Shown here piece by piece: positions 27,937-42,112 of a stretch of DNA of 64,000 nt. The notes under the pieces are model-generated. The model did no database searches. It was not told the origin of the DNA and was given only the letters and a program-made list of their open reading frames with translations. The number at the start of each line of letters is the position of its first letter. The stretch's first letter is position 1. The position numbers and the translations under genes are program-made. Source of the stretch: the human T2T-CHM13v2.0 reference genome, Homo sapiens; NCBI RefSeq assembly GCF_009914755.1, contig NC_060931.1. The stretch is one strand, 5' to 3'.

Positions 27937-29566
27937 TCCTTCTTATGTTTTTGCGAATTCATTCTTTATTTTCTTAGGCTTTAGGGGCTTCTTGTAGTCT
28001 TTTAATCAATCTTATTAAATACAGAAAAAATATATATATGAATATAAACCCCACATTATGTCATGTTTTGGTGTAACTTTTTTTGGGAAATGATTTTTCA
28101 ACGACTGAGTACATAATATAAAATTCTAAAGAAAAACAGAAAGAATGAAATAAATAATCCTACTGGGCTTAGCATAAATTTACAAATAAGGAGTCAGGAA
28201 AAATGAGATATATTTTTTTATATTGAATATAAATAATAAAGTACCAACAGGAAACCAAGTTGCCTAGGATATAAATAATCATTAAAAGGTGGCAGTATTT
28301 TAGAAACACTTAAACTTTCAATGATCATTTCACCACGGTGTCACTTCTCAATATAAGCTTTCTATTCTAAGCCTTTCCTCCACGGAATTTCAGAGAGATG
28401 TGATTCCTGAGGTGTATAATGCTGTTTTGCTTCTTGCTGTGAGTTTGAATACTAGTTAGAAGATCTTTTGTTAAACAAAGAAAAGCAGCTGGTTTTGCCA
28501 GTGAGATATATCCCATCCCTAGCAGATTCTGTGCTCAATTACAAGTTGCAGATAAAAATTACCCATTTCCATTTCTCCAGGTCACTACTAAATGAGAAGA
28601 GAGACAAAATGAGTAATGTAAAAACAGACATGAATCATACTATATTTTTTGCTCTTCTCCAACATATTCGAATAGTGAGATATGCTTAAAATATTACAAA
28701 TATCAACAGCAGTCAACTTTAAACTGATAAAGGGAGCAGGGAGAAGGATAGAAAGAGTAATGTAAATTGTACCAAGGAGTATGAGGAAGAAGGCAGCTGG
28801 TGTTCCATGGGAACCAGCCAAGGGCTCAGGCTGTCCTTACATGAGAAATTGCAGGACAGCCTGGACTGTCTTAGCACCCCTGCCTGTTCTACTTCCTTGT
28901 ATTCTCTTACCATCTCCTCTGCTTTCTCTCACAACAGCAGAGCCTTGGAGACCATCCTAACTGGCTATAACATGGGGAAACTCTGTGTCTCTACCCAAGA
29001 GCATAAACGTGAGAGAAGATGTTCCCACTGATGAACACTTTGTGCCCCCTTCCTCTTCTCACCATAATCATTGCAGTCCTGCCCAGTCCTTGCAAATACT
29101 CACCTGTGTTTTCTCAGTTGTGAAGGAATGTTGGATTATAAAACAAAGAGATGGTAGAGCTAAAAAATAAATATTTTATTTGGTGTAGATTAGCCTAGCT
29201 TTATGACACGAAGCTTATGTATCTGCAACCTCTTTTACCTTATGAATCCTTCTAGACTGTGAATTTGCTGCCTTTCAATAAACTGGTGTATCTCCTTACT
29301 TTTCGTAATTTTCTCTAATAATTGCAAGTATGCTGAGCTTGCCTATCCTATGACATAGTGATCCTAGAATACAAAAAGTAAACAGTAAATAATGATTTTT
29401 AAAAATCTTTCAAGGGCAAGAGAAACTATATGATGGATTCACTTAGCTAGTTTATATATTTATATTTTAAAAGGCTTATTTTAATTACATGGACTCAGTC
29501 CTTGTATTCTTTAGCCATAATAAATAATTGAGTTTTTATTAAAAATCAAATCCCTTTTTTAAAAGC

Positions 29567-29608
29567 CGTGTGTGTGTGTGCGCGCGTGCGTGTGTGTGTC
29601 TGTGTATG
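29567..29608. repeat. (TG)n/(CG)n compound microsatellite
   Basis: gtgtgtgtgtgtgcgcgcgtgcgtgtgtgtgt. Confidence 0.9.
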
Positions 29609-30489
29609 TACCTTCTCTGGGGCTTACTGCATAATCAGTGTGAAGGGGAAAAACATTGTGTATAAAATATGACTGGACATTCAATGTGAACTGTGACAGA
29701 TACATAATTTGGCTCATATGTACACAGCATTGTATAAAAAGGAGTTGACCTTCCAATCCCACTGACATACCTCTACAGTAAGAATATCCCCAAGACTTTT
29801 GAAAATCATCTTCTAAATTCCTTTAGCTTTCACTGTTTCTTCACTAACATAACCTTTAGATTATAATTTAGCTTCCCAGATAGAAGGAGATCGTGTTTTA
29901 TATGAACACAGCATTCTGGTTCTTAGGTTATTATTTTTGTACTATAAATTAATACTGTTATTCTGGTGCCAAAGCCTTGTGGGAACTTCAGCTATGTTAA
30001 ATTAGCTCAACTACTGATCACCCACAAACACCAACAGGAATGAGTACCTGGATCTTCAAATCAAAGGACCAGAGCTCAGAATAGGGTCACTAAATGTGGC
30101 ACTAGATAGTATCACCTTCTGTCTCTCTCAACAGTTTTTCTTCAGCCAATTCCTCTCCATCTCCATATTGACACACATATGTTTTCCCACAAAACAATGT
30201 TAGAGTGACTATTGCCTAGGCTACCTCTCAAGATACAATATAACCCCAAGTCCTCCTAAACTCCCTTGAGCATGGATTCTAGTATGTGAGTTCCTTTGAT
30301 CCCTGTCTCTCAGGACTACACTCTCTGAGCATTGAGCTCTCCAAAGCCCCAGAGTAAGCATGGAGTAGTTGGAGCTCAGACACAGCTGGGTAACTTCGGC
30401 AATAGTAAGATGGAAAGAACTCCTCCTTGTCCCCCGCCCCAGGAGTGCACTCTAGACAAAGTCTCCATCAGTAAAGAAGAGAAAGTGTA

Positions 30490-31790
30490 CTCATTCAACT
30501 AATATGTAGTAGGAGCTGGCCTTATGCTCACGAAACACAAAGTAGAACTGCTCCTGCTTTAGCAATTTTACATTCTAATGTCAGTAGGGTGGATGAGGAG
30601 TGAAAAAATAAATCAATAAATAAGAAAATGTTACTTGTTAATAAGTACTCTGAAGACAGTCAAATGAGGAAATGTTACAGAGAATGAATAGGAAAGAGAA
30701 TAAGACTACTGTGAATTAGGTGGCCAGAAAATCACTTGGATGGAGACATTTAAATGGCACCCTGAATAATCACCATCTGGGGGCTGCACACAAAACAGAA
30801 GGCCAGATGGCCAGTGTGGCCAGAGGCCAGTGAGCTTGGTGAAAGGTGGTGTAAAATACAGGCAGGAACTAAATGAGGTAGGCCCTTGGAGGCAAAACTG
30901 AGGAGTTTGGATTTATTTCAGTTTCAAGTCCATGTCAGGGTTTAAGCAACATAGCAGTAGTCCAATCTCCATTTTTAAAACCAAAGTTCTGGCTGCTATG
31001 TTGGCATGAATTGTAAAGTGCTAAATGTAGAAAGGAGAGTCAGGTAAGAAGCTATATCTATGGCTCTGGCAAGAAATGACCACGGTTTGGTTTATTGTCA
31101 TAAAGAGACTTGAATGGGATACAATTTGGTTTGCACAGAGACAACAAGACCAGCTAAGAGATGAAACGTTGATACTGGCAATTAAGGCGATGGCTCTTCC
31201 AATTTTGGTATGAACAACTGCATGGTGGTGATTATGTTTAATTATAAGTGGCAGAATTGTGGGGGGAAAATATTTGAGAGAGGAAGAGGAAGCTAGGGAA
31301 ATGAGAGTTCCATTTTGGTTAATTTAAATTTTAATGGGCTCTTAGGCATCCAGGGGTAGAAATAATCAGACCAGACCACTCAAGATATGAATCTGATTTT
31401 CAGGAGAGACATCATGGCTGTCAATATAAATCAAGAGCATCAGCTGCATAGAGATAGTTTTAAGCTATGAGATTGGACAAAGTCACATAGGAAGTGGGTT
31501 TATATGGAGAAGATAAGAGGACGGAAGACTGAGACCTAAAGTACTCTAAGGTTTAGAAATCAGATAAGGGGAAAGGAGGCAGAAAAAAAGATGGAGAAGT
31601 GGTAGCCAATGAGATAGGAGGGAAAATAAGAATATTTTCTAATACTAAAGCCAAGAATAAAAGGAGTCTTTCAAGGAGAGAATAGTCAACTAATAAGCTA
31701 CAAATGAGAGATTGAGTTAGATTTTTATGGAGAAATGGCCATTAGATTTCACAAGTGAAGGTTAATGGGGACCTTGAAAAGTTTATTTTT
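30490..31790 (-). mobile_element. L2 fragment
   Basis: tcattcaactaatatgt start; gaggagtttggatttattt, tctggctgctatgt, agatatgaatctga...ggagagacatcatggctg, gattggacaaagtcacatagg motifs. Confidence 0.8.
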
Positions 31791-32244
31791 TAAATGATGA
31801 CATCTGGTGAAAGGAATGTGATGTGCTACTTTTTCTACTTAAATTTCATAACCAATTGAATGTTGAAAAAACTAAGTGGAAAATTGTGTTATCCAGACTC
31901 TAAATTTCAGCATAGAATTATTGAGTATTAAATAAATGTAAAGAACTGTGTCATGGCATATAAAGGAAAAATTGAAGAGCTATCATTACATCATCTGACT
32001 TAAAATATTTTCCAATCAAAAAGATTACTTAATGTTAGAATCACTTTCTATAAGGTTGAAAGGTAATTTTTATATTCAGATATTTATAATTTCTGACATT
32101 AAAGTCTGAAGCCATATATATTATAGTCACAAAGTAGAAATAGATATGTCCAAAAAATCATTTGACTTAAAGGAAAAAATTCTTAGTTTCAGGTAGAAAT
32201 GTCTTTCTGTGACTTAAAACAATATATATATATTTTTTCTTTAA

Positions 32245-32442
<198 letters not shown>

Positions 32443-32519
32443 TAGCACTTCCCACTTTTTATAATGAGCTTTAAAATTTCTTAATGGTTATTCAGTGCTC
32501 TGGATTGGTCAGTAGTTGC

Positions 32520-32880
32520 ATCAATCAGGACCGAGTAGGTTATTCTACACTAAAAAGAAACGTAACATCTCAGTGGCTTAAAACAATAAGCAATATTTCT
32601 GAATCATGCTACAAGTCCATTACTTGTCCAGAGAATAGAGAGTCCATCTTGACAGTGTACTTCTGCAGTCACTCCAGCAGGAGTAAAGGGCATGATGAAT
32701 CACACACTGCTTCCTAATGTCCCTCCTGGAAGTGGTTTGAGTCACTTTCTTGTCTATTGCATTAACCAAAGCAAATCACACAGCAATGTCTAATTTCAAA
32801 GTGGGCAGGAAAATACAATTCTACTGTGGGGCCAGAAGCAGAAAATAAGAAATATTTGACGAACAGCACTAATGACAGTA
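32520..32880. mobile_element. Old MaLR (MLT1-like) LTR
   Basis: atctcagtggcttaaaacaataag...attaaccaaagcaaatcacacagc...aaatatttgacgaacagcactaatgac. Confidence 0.65.
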
Positions 32881-33308
32881 GCAAAATCAGAAACAGATTC
32901 TTGGCAAATTTTATTAAAATCAGATTTCTAGATCTGATTCATTGAGTCTCTATCTATCAAGGGTCAAACTGGTTCCAGTAGACGAGGGTTATTAAAGGTC
33001 ACCAAGATGTGTCTCAGATATTTTACATAGTTGACACAAGAAGTAATCTGATCATCTGTAGCTGAATTTTATTCTCGTCCCAGCAGCTTACCGTTTGTTT
33101 GAACTTCATGCCAGGTAATTAATCCCTCTAAGAATAAGCATAGCGTACACTCAACTGTAAAATGGGGAAAATAATAAATAATAAGATTAAGATTATATAC
33201 AAGTATATGTAAATTTATATAAACACATCATATTATCAATATTTAATGTTTACTGATGGTTTATATGTGTCAGACATTAGCCTAATGTTTTTCACAAAAG
33301 AATTCATA

Positions 33309-33707
33309 TGTTAAAAGACAAACCTTAGCCAAATTAAATTGAAAAGTTTAATTGAGCAAAGAACAACTCATGAATTGGGCAGCCTTTGAAGCCAGAGTAA
33401 GCTCAGAAACTCCAGCACAGCCGCATGGTAGAAAAAGATTTACAGGCAGTAAAAGGAAAGTGACATACAGAAAACAAAAGTGAGGTACAGAAACAATTGT
33501 ACTGATTATAGCTCAGCGTTTGCCTTATTTGAACACAGTTTGAACAGTTGGCCCCCTTTGATTGGCCAAAACTCAGCGGTTGGCACAAGAGTGGGTTACA
33601 GTCTGTTTACTCCTCCATGTAAGTTACAGTTCACTATGCATAGAGAAACCTTTAGGCTAAACTTAAAATATGTAAGGAGGCAACTTTAGGCTAAACTTGA
33701 GTCAACA
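33309..33707 (-). mobile_element. MER57 (ERV1) solo LTR nested in a MIR
   Basis: Reverse strand starts TGTTGACTCAAGTTTAGCCTAAAGTTGCCTCCTTACATATTTTAAGT, ends TTTTAACA; 4-bp TSD CATA (33305-08, 33708-11); MIR pieces on both flanks. Confidence 0.9.
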
Positions 33708-36336
33708 CATACAACCTTCACAAAAACTCTGGCGTTAGTTACCATTATTATCCTCATTTTTATAGATGGTAATCCTCAAGTACCCCCAAATTAAGCAATT
33801 GTAAAGTCACATACCTGTTAAGTTGGAGATCCACCATTCCATCCAAGCCATTCTGGCTCCCAGGTTCATATACACAAACACTATGATAAAGTGCCTCTCA
33901 GAAAAGCTATGTAAATGTTAGCATACTTCCCTTCCCCAATCTTTGTCAAAATAGTCACCTTGAGAGGCAGGGCCCTTGTTGCTTAGAAATAATCTTGGAA
34001 ATCTCTTTTGTAGTTTCCTTTGGACTTATGGCACTGTATTTCCAGTGTTCTTCATGGTCATTATATCTTTGTCCTTTAAGGATAGTTTCATTTTTTAAAA
34101 AATATCCAAAACCATTCATAATCATGACTAAAGTAGATGCACAACCTAGGTGATGTGTTATAACTACAAAATATCATGAGAGACTTTGATATAGTTATTC
34201 ACTGGCTTTGTAGGTAATTCCAGAACGGGATCTTAAGCACGCATATGAACAATGTCAGCCTCTTAAGTAAAGTATACAATCTCATAAAGTAAGTCTTTGG
34301 AAAGTTCTAGTTAATCACTGTGGCCACACAGCATATTTGTCCAGAGAACTAATTTATGCCCACTGTCAAAGATCTTCTTCCTTTAGCAAAGAATCACTTT
34401 TTCAAGCTCTGTAGTTACTTGCTTTATGGAACCCTTCATTTTTGGACAAATGCCTAGCCTTTAATTATTACAGAGAAGAGTTAGAAATAGTCCAGTCAAC
34501 ATGGATATAGAGAACTGATCATCTAACGAATAGGGAGGAGTAGAAAAAGGCACCCTCTGGACAGTTGTAGTCTTATGTAGGGAATACATACCCTTGGCAA
34601 GCAGAGGTAAAGGGATTTCAGCCACAACTGACCCCACCACCAGGGACCTTCAAACATCACACTCATGACGCTGCCCATACAGTACAGTCCCTCTACTGAG
34701 TACAAACACACATTGTCTAAAATAACAGGATCCTACCAAAAGTTTAACTTTCAACCACCCATCTATCTCCATTCTAGACATTTCTCCTTTAGTATAAGAG
34801 CCAACTGTATGAAAACTATAGAAAGCACAAATCTAAATTTCCGATAAACCAATTTCCCAAACACTTGTATTTCTTCAGAGTTTGTCATCTGCAACAAAGA
34901 AATCAATAAAGAAAACCTTAGAATATTTTAGAAGCCTTTTGGTCTACTAAATATTAAATACTAAAATACATTTAGAAATCAAAAGTAAATAATGTGACAT
35001 TCTAAAAGTACACTAATTGAAAAGTATATTTTGTGAATGCTTTTTGGTATCTTTAAATATTTGCTATATTTTTGGTTTCTGCCATAATGCAATGAATTTT
35101 ACAGAGTTTTACTACTGAAAAAATTGGATTAATAAAGTAAAATATAATAACCAAGTATAATATGTCCAGTATGTAGACTGTGACCAATAAACTGAACATA
35201 ATCTTCTAAGAAAGAACAGTGGATATGAACTAAATAAGTTACCAGGGGATATTTTCTATTTTCCTTCCCAAGAGATTAGGGGGAAAAAAAAGCAGAACAA
35301 ACGCCCATTAGGCTAAGACAGTTTATTTATCTGGGACTGGGCTATGTGCCAAATATTAAAGTTATGCAAAAATGACCAGCTAATTCAGTCAAGCAAGCAT
35401 TCAATTCAGTAAAAACGTCAGTCCAACTGACTAATAAAAGTAATATTACAAAATGGTTTGTTAGACCATATTTTTGGTGTTTAATTCAATTGCCACACTA
35501 AGACCAAGCAAAAGCATGAAATAGACACAATATTAATTTTAGAAAATTCCTATCATCACTATCAGAAATACTTTCCTTCTTCTAGTTTCTTCCATTTGCA
35601 AGTACTCTTCCTACTTTTGCTGTCCACTCCTGCCATATACAGGGAATACATGGTTTACCCCATTTCTATCAATCATTGATAAAGTCTTAACTAAATACTG
35701 ACATGCTGGTGGGTATAGGCCTAAACTGTGACACCTCTCCTCTACTCCCACCATTGGTAATTATATTTTAATAGATTTATTGATTCTCGTAGTTATACTA
35801 TAAGTATTTACTGAGTAGAATGTATTAGCCAAAATAAAGCTAGATTAATGCAATGACAAGTGGCAGGTTGACATTTTGAAGCAGCTCTTTTAATATATGG
35901 ATCACATCACCTAATCATCTGCATACTCACAGGCTAACCTGTGAGTAATTATCATATAATAATCATAGTAGTAATTATAGTTATAATTTAATAATACTAA
36001 TTGCAACAACAAAAACCCTCACTAGTTTCTAGAATGTCCCAGGTGTTTTATATCTGTTTTTTTTGTAATATTCACAATCAACTTGCAAAGGAAGTATACT
36101 ATTTCCATTTTACAGATAACTTGCTCATGCTCACAAACCTAGTGATTAAAGTCCAAGGCAAAAAAATTCTAGTATTATTTGAACTATGAATATTTTAGGA
36201 TATTCCTATAGATAATTCTAAATGCAGTGAGAAGTTTAGAATCAATGAGCCAATGTATAGTGTAATATTTTTAAATTTCACATTGACTTAGAAAGACACT
36301 ACCCATATGTAGTCTGCCATTTATCACACCCTGCTA

Positions 36337-36380
36337 GGGTGGTTTTCAAACTTTAGATTCATTAGAATCATCTGGAAAGC

Positions 36381-36431
<51 letters not shown>

Positions 36432-36584
36432 AAAAAAAAAAAAACAAAACAAAAAACAGATTGTTGAGCCCTACTCCCAAATCATCAGACTCTGTAGTTT
36501 TGGGTTAGAACCTGAAATTTTGCTAATAAATTCCCAGGTGATGCTGATATTGCTGTTTGGAAGACCACATTTTGAGAACCACTG
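36337..36584. mobile_element. MER5A with internal (AC)22 and A-rich tract
   Basis: gtggttttcaaactt...attagaatcatctgga...ttcccaggtgatgctgat...tttgagaaccactg; (AC)n 36383-36426. Confidence 0.9.
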
Positions 36585-39147
36585 CCTAGTACATTCAGCA
36601 ATGTCAAAATCAAAGATTTTTATTTAAGTAGAATAATGAAAAAGCAAGAAATAACTACTTGCTAGAACCTGAGAATGATCTCTTAGGTTATCTACTGTTA
36701 AAAACAAAATTACCCAGCTCCTAATTCCACCTAAGAATTTGGTCTTGGATGCTCTCCTATATCCTCTTTCAGTTCTCACCGCTTCCACCATGGAATCCTC
36801 TTGTAGACCTCTCATTGCTTAGCCTCTTCCACTAACCCAAATCCCAGCCCTTTTTCTGCTTAGCCCTGCCATCTCCAGGATTAACCAAGTTCTGGACCTA
36901 GGAATGTTGCACTGTCTGCCACTGACTTCTTTCTTCTCTTTTTATTGTAGTTTGGTACTAACTTGTCTCATTTCTAGCACAGCTATTTTTCTTAGCAAGT
37001 GAAAAGATTCCAATAAATGCCTTAAACTTCTAAAAGGTGATAAAGTTTACTATGTTACCTCAAACTGAGGCATTTTACTAACCCTTAAATGAAAGAAACA
37101 ACTGTAAGCAAAATTTCCAGAATGCATGTTACAGGGAGTGTGGAGGCAGGCATTTGAGGAATAAGGAATTACCAAAGAGAAACACCTTCATTACCTCACT
37201 TTTAAGGCTACCTAGGATACCTTTATTTTTCAAAAGATTTTGTGATTTGGTAACAAGATGGCCCAATAACTTCCTTTAATCTACCTCATACCTCATCTAG
37301 AAATGACTGACCATTTAAAGAAATCAATGTCTCAGTGGTGTTTGGCTTATAGATCCTTCTCAGATTGACTTCCACCCTCTGTTCCACAACATAAACTATA
37401 AAGTTTATGTCACTTGGCGTAATTAAAAAACAATCTACTTGATAAAACCCATTGTGTTCCACTGCATTCTAGCCTGTGAGTACTTCACAATACAAGATTT
37501 CTATGTCAAATTAGTTTGAGGAAATTTGCAGATTATATATCCCTGTTCTTCTCACAGTGATCATCCACAATGTCATATGGTGTGAGGAACCCGGGAGCAA
37601 AGGAACCTGTTTAACACCTCAGCATTTCCCAGCCTTTTCTTGACCACAGAACCAGTCATTTGCTTCATCTGTTTGATTTAGATTTTACTTACCACACTTA
37701 CGAATTCCTTGGAACCAACTTTGAGAAATCCTGCTAAGATTAGATGATTGGACAAAAGCTGCAGCTATGAAGAATTGGGATGCATAGGAAGAATATGTTT
37801 ATGAGACAGACAACTTTTTTCCAAATACCATCACCATTTAAGGCAAATAAATTATTTGAAAATAACTATGAAGCTTTTTTTACACTGAAAATGTAAACCT
37901 TGCTTTAATTAAAATTTAAGAAGTCTCCTACTTTTCATACAGCTAAAATAAAGTACTTACTGAAACTTTTCTCCAACTTCCATATTATTTGCTGGTACTT
38001 TGCCATGCCAGAAGTTGTATGTCCTAAAAGGGTCGGGGGTAAGAGACTGAAAGGAATACATTTCTTTTTACCAGCAGATGGCTTTCTTTTAACCTCCCAA
38101 TTACATAATTGGTGCTGCCAAGATTGTCATACTGAGTGGCTCAGAAGTAAGATGATTTCCTAAAATATCTTTGTAAAATAATTTCCCTCAATTACCTGCT
38201 GTAATCACAAGTCATGAAGGCTAGCATTCAACAGGCATTTGTTGTGGTGCTCCGCAAGACCAATTAAACCAATTAACTCCTATGGAATTGTAGTCGGGTC
38301 AAAGAAAAGCCATGATTGAAATTTAGATGGGAAGTTCTTTTTCTAACACGCTGCATGACTTAGCAAAAATGGATAGTCTGTCTCTAAAGCAACTTCTTTT
38401 TCCCTAAGCTTAGAACTACTTCTGCAGTAGTGTTTGCCACCATATGTAGGCTTTCCATTATATGATGAGAAATATATGTCATTTTATTTTGCTGGACTGT
38501 ATTTTTGGTTAATGTATATGTTTTCTTAATAAAAGAAAACAGTTTTACCCAATGCTGCTGCTGAATGCTTAGAGAATGAAGGGAGGGAGGGAGGAGTTGG
38601 GAGTCAGGAGTAGAAAGGCAATGAATGTTCCAGGAGACTAAAGAGACTTGAAGACTGAAATTTCAACAATAATCCCTTTTTGGAAACCAATATATAAATT
38701 GCTTATTTCTGAATTATTAAGCTAATTCTGAGTTGTTTCCAAATGTCCTTTTCACTTGCTACTGTTTCACTGAGTCTGGTCTGAAATCCTGAAACTGCAG
38801 CCCAGCTTTTGAAGTTAAAATTTTTCTACCTTCCAATTTCATTCTCTACTATTGTGTCAGTATTTTGAGTGATCTAAACATTATGTTTCCAACAAAGAAT
38901 GAAATTTGTCTAATTTTCTCATCATTTATAAATATGGTCTTTGTACAAAGTATATTATTTTAACCTGGAATCAGCACACAGGAAGAATAAATTTAGGAAG
39001 GAAGGGAAGAGGGGTGGAGTTAAAGACATGATATCTTAATGCGATTTTGAGAGCTTCACACATCTCAGTGCTACTCTCAAATGATATGTGTGAAAGGCAT
39101 CTTGGTACAATAACTTTGGAGGGAAATTTGGTAAGACTTAACAAAAG

Positions 39148-39149
<2 letters not shown>

Positions 39150-39183
<34 letters not shown>
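39150..39183. repeat. (CA)n microsatellite
   Basis: Pure CA run. Confidence 0.95.
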
Positions 39184-39187
<4 letters not shown>

Positions 39188-39319
39188 TCCCTTTGGTCCA
39201 GGAATAATTTTGCTTTCAGAAATATGTCTTGTAGATAAGCTCATCATCATATTCAAAGCAGGCAGCCTTGCTTATAGTTGCCAAAGATGCTTTAAAAATT
39301 AATTGGCAGTTGGCCTGGT

Positions 39320-39700
39320 AAATAAATAATTATTTGTTTATACCGTGGTATATTATACATTCATTAAAAATGAGGTGGATCTTTATATGCATATACGGAA
39401 AGAGTTCTGAGATGTAATTAAAAAACACAACTAAATGCAGAAGAGTGTGCAGAGTATTCTCTGGAGTAAAAATGTATGTGTATATACATGTGAATATATC
39501 TACTTGCTCTTTTATGCTCAGAAAATTTCTCACAGGATTCTCTAGAAATATTACCAGTGATTGTTTCTGAAGCCTAGGAGTGGGATGGCTCCAGGGTCAG
39601 AGACAATTGTTTGCATGCACTTCTGTAGTATTAAAAATTGTGTCATATGTTTATATTTATTTTTCATTTAAAAAATCTAGATAATTTTAAAATTTTTATT
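39320..39700 (+). mobile_element. Ancient L1M (L1ME-like) 3' fragment
   Basis: aaataaat..taccgtggtatattatacattcattaaaaatgaggtggatctttat...aaatgcagaagagtgtg. Confidence 0.55.
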
Positions 39701-40245
39701 AAAAAGAGCATTCCAGGACTTGAGACTAAAGATAGTATTTTTCTAGGTTGTTTAGAAGGGAAAAAGAAGAAGTTTTGTGAGATAAGCCTACAGGAAACTT
39801 ATCTAAGCCATCCCAGTCTCTGTTTTACATACACTTGCTAGCTACATGTAATACAAATAGAATGGTCACCAAAATAGTGCTGTCCAGGAAGGGAAAACGA
39901 GACTGTTTCCATGACGGTCTAAATGCACGTCAACAACAGCAGTTAGAAAGTAGAATGGAATATCAGAAATCTGGCTACACAGCCAGATCCTTAGTACTTT
40001 CACTTTAGGGATCTAACTGTAACTTAAAGGAACAATTGAACTGGCCACCTAAACCCTCTACATTGAAGGATATTCTCTACAGACACACACACACAAAATG
40101 CTTTAAAAATGAAAAACAATGTTTAAATCTCTCTGGATAGGCTTACTATGTTCTTCATTTCAGCCAGTTCAAGAGTGAAATACAAATCAGATGCACATAC
40201 AGTCGTGCGGACCCGTGCCGGTAGACAAAGTAGATAAATTCACAG

Positions 40246-40286
40246 TTGTTTTTGTTTATTTGTTTGTTTGTTTGTTTGTTTGTTTA
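40246..40286. repeat. (TTTG)n microsatellite
   Basis: Direct reading. Confidence 0.9.
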
Positions 40287-40884
40287 GAGAGAGAGTCCAT
40301 GTTGTTTGGCATGGGATCTACCTAGGCTAATTTAAAGGATAATTGCAAAAATATAATTTTATATTGGAGGATGCAGATATAGATGAATAATGATTCTTAA
40401 AAAAAAAAAAAAAGAAAGGAAGGAAGGAAGGCAATCAGTTCTTGGTACTTAGTTACTAATTTTTTTAAGGACATTAGTTTAAACGAAAAGGAGTTGGCAG
40501 CTGGTTTCCTGAGCTACCGGTCTTCATTTCATTAAGTTACTCAGATCGGGATAAATGAAAATATAAGTAAAGTAATACTGCTATTTTTATTTTGACAGAA
40601 TTGAAAGAAACAATAATGAAATAACTTGATCTTATTGTAAAGACTTAATTATAATTCTTAAAGGCATAAGCCAGCTCCAAGGTAGTTCATTGATTTTACT
40701 GATAAATATTAACTGAAATAAAGCACTTAAAAAGGTAGAGAGGTAATTTTCAATAGTTGCATTTGAAAAGCTGGCTTACTTTTAAAAATATGTAGGCTGA
40801 CAATAGGATTATACAAGGGTTCATTCACTGTTTTAAGGAAACGATTTATAAATGTTAATGGGATGTTTATTTTTTCTCCTATAG

Positions 40885-41025
<141 letters not shown>

Positions 41026-41857
41026 TAATATTGATTTAGTTCTACTTTCCTATAATTTTATTATGGCTAATTATGACAATGGCTATCCAAACAACAAAAG
41101 TGTGTTTGTTTGTGTTTTTTTAATAACTTCACCCTGTACATCCTTGTTGGCTGTAGAAGGTTAGAAACTTCACTATGAAATACTGCCAGTGAATCATGAT
41201 GCCTATTCATCATTGGGCAATATTTCTACACTGTCTCTTATTAACATGGTAAAGGTAAAAAAAAATGCTTAATAATTCAAATGCCTAATTCTTTTTCATT
41301 TCAAATTTATCTTCCTTAACGTTCATTTGGGTCAGGGGTTGGGGTGGGTGGCTAACATGATGTCTTGTTTTACTTCATAACGAAGAGGGAATACTATTCA
41401 GTGTTAGGAAGATCATATGGCATAAACTACAATTTGAGAAAATTTATTTTTACTCCAGAATTTTCCTTTAATATTTAGGACTCCAATCTTTACTTACAAA
41501 ATAGCTTTTATTTACGTGCACATGATCGTGGTTTCAAAATTTTCTAAGCACTATGCTAAATTTGATCATCAAAACATAACAGATTCCCATCTTACAAACA
41601 TAGTTGCTAGTTGAATGAGTAAAAGAGATTTCAAATTTCAATTCAAGGAGGCATGTCTAAAAGACCAGACCATTCATTTGATGAAATTGTAAATGCCGAT
41701 CATCCAACTTAACAGGAACTGCACATTTGTTCCTTTCTAGTTAGAAAAAAATAAAATGTTGCCAGTTAATAGAGCAGATCTCTCTGTGGAAATATGTAGC
41801 CGAGGTTCGAGTTGTTTGCAAATAAAATAGAAAGCTCTTCTGTCTTCTCTTTGTTAA

Positions 41858-42112
<255 letters not shown>

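Noticed and set aside
40180-40194. Intronic sequence translating IQIRC, identical to five residues of exon 5
   Set aside because: A 5-residue match is expected by chance in six frames of 64 kb; no flanking similarity.
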